Source of the DNA: Octopus vulgaris
Taxonomy: Eukaryota
DNA length: 64,000 bases
Direction: 5' to 3'
NCBI GenBank assembly: GCA_951406725.2
Contig: OX597833.1
Coordinates: 67,456,001 to 67,520,000, forward strand
In this document: positions 57,381-64,000 of the stretch, piece after piece
How the letters are laid out: the number at the start of each line of letters is the position of its first letter
How positions within the stretch are numbered: position 1 is the stretch's first letter
The notes under the pieces: model-generated
What the model saw: only the letters and a program-made list of their open reading frames with translations
What the model was told of the DNA's origin: nothing
Database searches by the model: none
Position numbers and translations under genes: made by a program

Positions 57381-57786
57381 TCTCTTTTACTTGTTTCGGT
57401 CATTTCACTGCGGCCATGCTGGAGCACTGCCTTTAGTCGAGCAAATCGACCCCAGGACATTGGAAGCCTAGTACTTATTCTAGCGGTCTGTTTTGCCGAA
57501 CCGCTAGGTTACGGGGACGTAAACACACTAGCATCGGTTGTCGAGCAATGTTTGGGGGACAAACACAGACACGCAAACACACACACACACACACACACAC
57601 ATACATACGCATATACATATATAAGACGGGCTTCTTTCAGTTTCCATCTACCAAATCCACTCACAAGGCTTTGGTCGGCCCGAGGTTATAGTAGGAGAAA
57701 CTTGCCCAAGGTGCCACGCAGTGGGACTGAACCTAGAACCATGTTGTTGGTAAGCCAGCTACTTACCACACAGACACTCCTGCGCC
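57381..57786 (-). mobile_element. SINE family A, full length
   Basis: Reverse complement of consensus. Confidence 0.9.
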
Positions 57787-57807
57787 TAACAGCATCTATA
57801 TCCGTGA

Positions 57808-58036
57808 CGAGCTGGCAGAAACGTTAGCACGCTGGGCGAAATGCGTAGCCGTATTTCGTCTGCCGCTACGGTCTGAGTTCAAATTCCGCCGAGGTCGACT
57901 TTGCCTTTCATCATTTCGGGGTCGATAAGTAAAGTACCAGTTACGCACTGGGGTCGATCTAATCGACTTAATCCCTTTGTCTGTCCTTGTTTGTCCCCTC
58001 TATGTTTAGCCCCTTGTGGGCAATAATGAAATAAGT
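57808..58036 (+). mobile_element. SINE family B monomer
   Basis: 14-bp TSD atctatatccgtga at 57794-57807 and 58037-58050. Confidence 0.92.
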
Positions 58037-58849
58037 ATCTATATCCGTGATTCTGAGCTATGTTTTGCCCGTTGATTCTTAATTTGCTCTACTGAAACTC
58101 CATAGTCATTCTCTGTGTAAAAAAATGAAAAAATCCTGTATAAAACGATTAGGAATTGTATAAAATGATTACAATATTTTCTATATTGTAGTACTATAAC
58201 CAATTTATTGTAGATAAATTTGACAATAACATCTTATATGGACACCCTCCAAACACCGTTTTGACTCCGACTAAGAACCACTGATCTTGTTGATTTGATA
58301 TTAATTTATTCAATTGTCCTTTTGAAACACAGCTGAATGCGATATAGGGTAGACTTAGTTACTATTCGTAGTCGGAGAAGGACCTCGAAGCATCTCGCAT
58401 ACTGCAACATCTGTTGGTGTCTCTTTGCGTGTCAGATTTTTGAGTCGGTGTTCATATTAATTTTTATTCTTCCAATAACAATATTTGTTTAGAAAGAAAA
58501 CCTAAAAAAAATCTATATTTATCGGCGTAACATTAATTTATGTTTTACACGATAAGAGAATCAACAAAATATAAAACTAAACGAGAGAAAAAATAATGAA
58601 TAATACAACAATGGTTTGTCGTATTTTAACTTTAATACTATTATTATATGCTGAATGACGCCCACGTCTACTTTCGAATGAATGATAAGAAACATGAAAA
58701 ATCTCGTGGGAATCTCGTGAAGTAAAGACAACGATTGGAAGGAAATTGGATGAAGACATGTTTGTATGCTTTAGAAATTTGTTTGGCTGTCACGTATTTC
58801 CGGTTTTCACGCCTCTGTCTCATATCTTTTATCAACTGCATCACAATAG

Positions 58850-59270
58850 AAGGTCATGGGTTAGGAGGAAACTCAGAGAATCAGAAACGCTTTGCGTTGC
58901 GTGGGTTATATAAGTTCTTAAATTTTTAATTTCCTCCTCCATCAATCCATAAAAAAGCCTTTGTTTTGGGTTTTAGCTTTGTCAAACTGGTGTGGGAATC
59001 ATTCGGATCCTGTTTTTTGTTTGTTTTTTTTTTTGGTTTGAAATGGATATAATATCATGATGCATTAAATAAGGTCATGGGTTAAGCGGAAACTCAGAGA
59101 ATCAGAAACGCTTTGCGTTGCGTGGGTTATATAAGTTCTTAAATTTTAATTTCCTCCATCAATCCATAAAAAGCCTTTGTTTTGGGCTTTAGCTTTGTCA
59201 ACTGGTGTGGGAATCATTCGGATCCTGTCTTTTTCGTTTGAAATGGATATAATGCCATGATGCATTAAAT
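58850..59270. repeat. Tandem duplication of ~200-220 bp of otherwise unique sequence
   Basis: aaggtcatgggtta...gatgcattaaat at 58850-59070 and 59071-59270. Confidence 0.9.
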
Positions 59271-59407
59271 CAGTTTACGAGGTGGTTTCTTGCGCCAACA
59301 GGTCCGTTCCTTCAAACTGCAAAACATCATGACGATTAATTTTCCTCACCCTCTTGAGCCACAATGCTTAAAAAATACAAAATAAGGTAAGCTTTATGAG
59401 GTAAATT

Positions 59408-59560
59408 GTGGAACCAGTGGTTAGGTAAGCGGACTCACGGTCATAGAATCGCGGTTTCGATTCCCAGATCGGGCGTTGTGAGTGTTTATTGAGCGAGAAC
59501 ACCTAAAGCTCAGAACATAAAGACAGACGAAATGGCGCTAAGCATTTCGTCCTTCGTGCT
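59408..59560 (+). mobile_element. SINE C head joined to an inverted SINE B fragment
   Basis: ccagtggttagg..ggtttcgattcccaga..acacctaaagctc then agaacataa..gacgaaat..gctaagcatttcg. Confidence 0.7.
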
Positions 59561-59786
59561 AAATATAGGTTACATATTAGATATACTGTGCGCGTGATAG
59601 ATGCATGGAAGTAATTTGAATCCAGATACGGATTTTACTGGGAAGAAGCATTGGATAGTTTGGTGAATCTGATTTGCCTGAGAACATGGACTCACAACGT
59701 GGACTCACAACGTGAGGAAAGTTGAAATACCGCTAAGCATTTCGTCTAGCGTGCTCACGATTCGGGCAGCTCGTCGTAGTAATAAT

Positions 59787-59873
<87 letters not shown>

Positions 59874-59874
<1 letters not shown>

Positions 59875-60240
59875 TATCAGTACCGGCAGATGACAACGTG
59901 TCTCTAAAAGAAATGGAGAAACTCTCAAAATACAAAGACCTGGAAATAGAGGTAACTAGAATGTGGAATCTGAAAACAGAAACAATTCCTATCATAGTAG
60001 GTGCATTAGGCATGATAAAAAAATATTCAGACAAATACATAACAAAAACACCAGGACTTACAAACACATATAACATACAGAAAATTGCACTACTAGGCAC
60101 TGCACACATCCTACGCAGAACACTTTCCATACAATAACCATCAGAGCATAACAACAAATCACAGCACATACCCAAGGCACACAGAGCTGCGCTCGGTAGT
60201 GAAGTGAAAGCACGCTATAAAAATAAAAATAAAACTACTG
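59874..60240 (+). mobile_element. 5'-truncated R4/Dong retrotransposon inserted in (TAA)n
   Basis: Open frame VSVPADDNVSLKEMEKLSKYKDLEIEVTRMW..IPIIVGALG..IQKIALLGTAHILRRTL*, ~100-nt 3' UTR, (AAT)n on both sides. Confidence 0.92.
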
Positions 60241-60305
60241 AATAATAATAATAATAATAATAATGATAATAATAATAATAATGATAATAATAATAATAAT
60301 AATAA

Positions 60306-60344
<39 letters not shown>

Positions 60345-60368
60345 CACTACTACTACTACTACTACAAA

Positions 60369-60403
<35 letters not shown>

Positions 60404-61046
60404 ATACTACTACTAATACTACTACTACTAATAATAATAATAATAATTCTTTTTTTCTTCCTCTTTTTCTTTTGCTACTACTTCTTTTTCTTCTTCTTAT
60501 TATTATTGTAAAAACAACATGAGGAACTACAACAATAAGAACATCTATAATAATGACGAGAAGGATAGTAATTATAAAATACTACGAATAATAACGACAA
60601 GGTTAATGGGAAAAATTCCATCAAAAACGACATTTCTAGCAAAAGCAGGAGAGAGAGCTGTCAGAAATTAGTACATCCCTGGTTTTCATCAGAAAAAAAA
60701 AAAGAATCTTTCAAACAGAGAGTTGATACCAGCGTGGCGAACTTTGAAATCGCTAAGATAAGTGAAATCTTATCCCACATTTCGATAGCTAGGCTTTCAA
60801 TATCTTCATCTTAGGAGGCTGTCATTTTGTAAGATTGACTTGATAAATCACACAAATATTCTGCCAAGCCCTATTTAGCTACTTAGTGTCAAGTGAAACG
60901 AGAAAGTAATAAATAAATGCGGAGTGTCGCTTGGAGAGGATATAAAGGATGAAAAAATGGAAGATTGTAGAGAAGTGAATATAGGTTAGTCTCCTATACA
61001 AATATACAAACGTAGATACTACGTTTAGAAGTACGTACACGAATAC

Positions 61047-61077
<31 letters not shown>

Positions 61078-61164
61078 TATGTGAATATATATATAAGTAT
61101 ATATCTTTATATATGTATGTGTGTGTATAAAATTATATATATAAATACATATATATTTATGTAC

Positions 61165-61220
<56 letters not shown>

Positions 61221-61227
61221 TCGTTGG

Positions 61228-61420
61228 TTTGCTTCAGTCATTTGACTGCGACCATGCTGGAGCAACGTCTTTACTCGAGCAAATCTACCCCAGGACTTAT
61301 ACTTTCTAAGCCTAATACTGATTTCATCAGTCTCTTTTACCGAACCGCTAAGTTACGAGAACGTAAACACCCCAGCGTCGGTGGTCAAGCGATGTTAGAG
61401 GGACAAACACAGACACACAT
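61228..61420 (-). mobile_element. SINE family A, diverged 3' half
   Basis: ttcagtcatttgactgcgaccatgctggagc tail. Confidence 0.8.
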
Positions 61421-61789
61421 ACATATACATACATACATATATATATATATTTATATATACATATATATGGATATATATATATATATATAATACATACACA
61501 CACATGTATATATATATATATATATATGCATGTGCATGAGTGAGTGTATATGTGTGAATGTGTATGAGCGAGTAAATTTTGAGAGCTCTGGTACGATCAT
61601 CATAGCACCGTGTTCCAGCTGTTCACGTTATAAGTTTTCCTGAAGTTCTTTCGGGGTTAATAAAAGAGGTATCAGGGAACTATTACGTTTCAGGATTGTC
61701 CTACACTCGACACAAGAAATGTCTTTGTTTAAATTTGAAGCAATTATATATACATATATATACTATTATACTATTATGTTATATATACT

Positions 61790-61907
61790 GGCCTGCTCGC
61801 TTAGCCAGCAGGGTGGCGTCATTAGAAGGCTAAAACTATGCGAACGCATTCTGACCAGCGATGTGTAACAACATATGATGGTCTGGTCGGTCACGTGATC
61901 ACGTGAT
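61790..61907 (+). mobile_element. Short non-coding tail related to the RTE 3' end
   Basis: tgaccagcg...ctggtcggtcacgtgat shared with 63660-63710; homolog at 7720-7803. Confidence 0.6.
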
Positions 61908-62049
61908 TATATATATATATACACACACACACGCACACACATATATAAATAAACGTATAAGATTGTGTGCGTATGTGTACGAGTTTATATATGTATATAT
62001 GTATGTATCCATCTATCAATCTATCTGTCTATATCTATATATTATTTTA

Positions 62050-62395
62050 TTCTTTTATTTGTTTCAGGCATCTCAACTGCAGCCATGTTGGAACACCACC
62101 ATTAGTCGAGCAAATTGCTCCCAGGAGTTAATCTTTGTATGCTTAGTACGTATTATATCCGTCTCCTTTGCTGAACCGATAAGTTACTGGGACGCGAACA
62201 CTCCAACATCGGCGCTGGTGTTGTTATCAAGCGATTGTGGGAGACAAAGACAGATACACAAACATATACACACATATATGTACATATATGACTTGCTTCT
62301 TTCTACCAGATCCACTCACAAGGCTTTGGTCGGCCCGAGGCTCAAATACAAGACACCTGTCCAATCTGCCACACAGTGGGACCGAACCCGGAATG
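62050..62395 (-). mobile_element. SINE family A, diverged
   Basis: Tail, core and B-box recognisable. Confidence 0.75.
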
Positions 62396-62917
62396 CACAA
62401 ACACACACACATACATATATGCCTATGTCCCTCTGCATCTGAAGCCTACTTTCATATTTGTATATGTGTGTGTATATATATGTGTGTGCGTGCGTGTGCC
62501 TGTAAGTATATATGTGTATGGGGAACTTGTGTGAATGTGTGTACGAATGATTGTATGCAGGTACACACATGATATCTCGACTAATGTAAGATTAGATTAA
62601 ATAATTAATCCTTTCAACTGTATCTTACCGTCTTTTTCTGTTTTGATTGATTCATTTTCTCCCTGTATTTTCTCTCTATTATCTACAAAAGCAATGAAGA
62701 AAAAAGAGAAAACACAAATTTATGAACGAATCAGAAAGTAAATCCCTTTAGTTCGATACTACTGTGCAAATATTTAGTGTCATATAAAATCATTTTCTTA
62801 CCTATATAAACATTTGCATATTTTGGAACATACATTGAATATTTGATGCAGTAAAACGCATCCTGAATACTTACTAAACCTCGCTGTATCTCATATATAT
62901 ACGATGTATATATACAA

Positions 62918-63226
62918 GGCGCAGGAGTGGCTATGTGGTAAGTAGCTTGCTAACCAACCACATGGTTTCGGATTCAGTCCCACTGCGTGGCATCTTGGGC
63001 AAGTGTCTTCTACTATAGCCCCGGACCGACCAATGCCCTGTGAGTGGATTTGGTAGACGGAAACTGAAAGAAGCCTGTCGTATATATGTATATATATGTA
63101 TGTGTGTATTTGTGTGTCTGTGTTTGTCCCCCTAGCATTGCTTGACAACCGATGCTGGTGTGTTTACGTTCCCGTCATCTAGCGGTTCGGCAGAAGAGAC
63201 CGATAGAATAAGTACTGGGCTTACAA
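62918..63226 (+). mobile_element. SINE family A lacking tail
   Basis: ggcgcaggagtggctatgtggtaag head through gtactgggcttacaaa. Confidence 0.9.
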
Positions 63227-63507
63227 ACATACATACAAACACACACACTGTAAAGAAAACACATACTCACTACATATACATACATGCACACACATACTTC
63301 AACTACCATTACCTTGTACTGACCATTCTCTTGCGCACATGTGTAGGTAGACACACAACAGGCAGCCACTCCTACCAAAATTCTTACTATAAATTCTTTC
63401 TAAGACCTTAAACGATACTAGCCCAACCACACACATAGATAAACAGCCACAACCACACACACACATACACACACAAGTGCTATCATTACACACACGCGCA
63501 CACACAT

Positions 63508-63707
63508 AATCGGTGGACCTGCGCAGTTGTCGAGTGGTACCCGCGCGAGAGGAAACGACCACCTGGAGGGCCTCCAAGACGGTGGAGTCACGATTTCAGG
63601 AGGACGATTCGGATCACGTGGAAGAGAAAGGCGCGATCCAGAGACGAGTGGACAGTGTGCTGTGACCAGCGGTGCCAAATGCACGCCTGACGAACTGGTC
63701 GGTCAAG

Positions 63708-63711
<4 letters not shown>
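63508..63711 (+). mobile_element. RTE-clade LINE 3' end, 5'-truncated
   Basis: RWTCAVVEWYPRERKRPPGGPPRRWSHDF...TWKRKARSRDEW matches the RTE pattern RW...W.P...KR..GRP..RW.D...W...A.DR..W. Confidence 0.85.
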
Positions 63712-63751
<40 letters not shown>

Positions 63752-63817
63752 ATGGCTTCGCCAATGCGATACGATACGAATAATGTTGAGTATAAATTTG
63801 TGTGTGTGTTGGTATGT

Positions 63818-64000
63818 ACGCCCGCGTTATCTAGCGGTTCGGCAAAAGAAACCGAGAGAATGTACACTAGACTTACAAAGAACAAGTTTTGGGGTCAATT
63901 TGCTCGACTAAAGGCGCTGCAAGAAGTAAAAGAATATACGACGAGCTTCTTTCTATTTCCGTCTAGGAAATCCACTCACACAGCATTGTTTGCCCCGAGG
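63818..64000. mobile_element. Two SINE A fragments in opposite orientations
   Basis: tagcggttcggcaaaaga..gactaaaggcg on plus, then tacgacgagcttctttc..aatccactcac on minus. Confidence 0.75.

Overview
AT-rich, repeat-saturated animal DNA, intronic or intergenic. The SINE families and microsatellite load resemble those I recall from Octopus; that assignment is inference. No intact host gene is supportable, and almost all listed ORFs are translations of (TA)n, (CA)n, (TATC)n or (ATT)n. The window holds three tRNA-derived SINE families (one forming a ~185-bp tandem array), decayed mariner and hAT transposases, a non-autonomous Helitron, a long-TIR MITE with an 8-bp TSD, and fragments of R4/Dong, CR1/L2-group, RTE, L1/Tx1 and Penelope-like (PLE) retroelements. 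The most interesting signal is a dispersed set of type I hammerhead ribozyme (HHR) motifs with palindromic, dimer-type helix III. One sits in both 362-bp direct repeats of a retrozyme-like element (25145-26069, predicted 563-nt cleavage unit). One with a canonical core sits in an 80-bp fold-back element (32263-32570); its relative at ~5.6 kb shows helix II covariation. All structures were read by eye and are untested.
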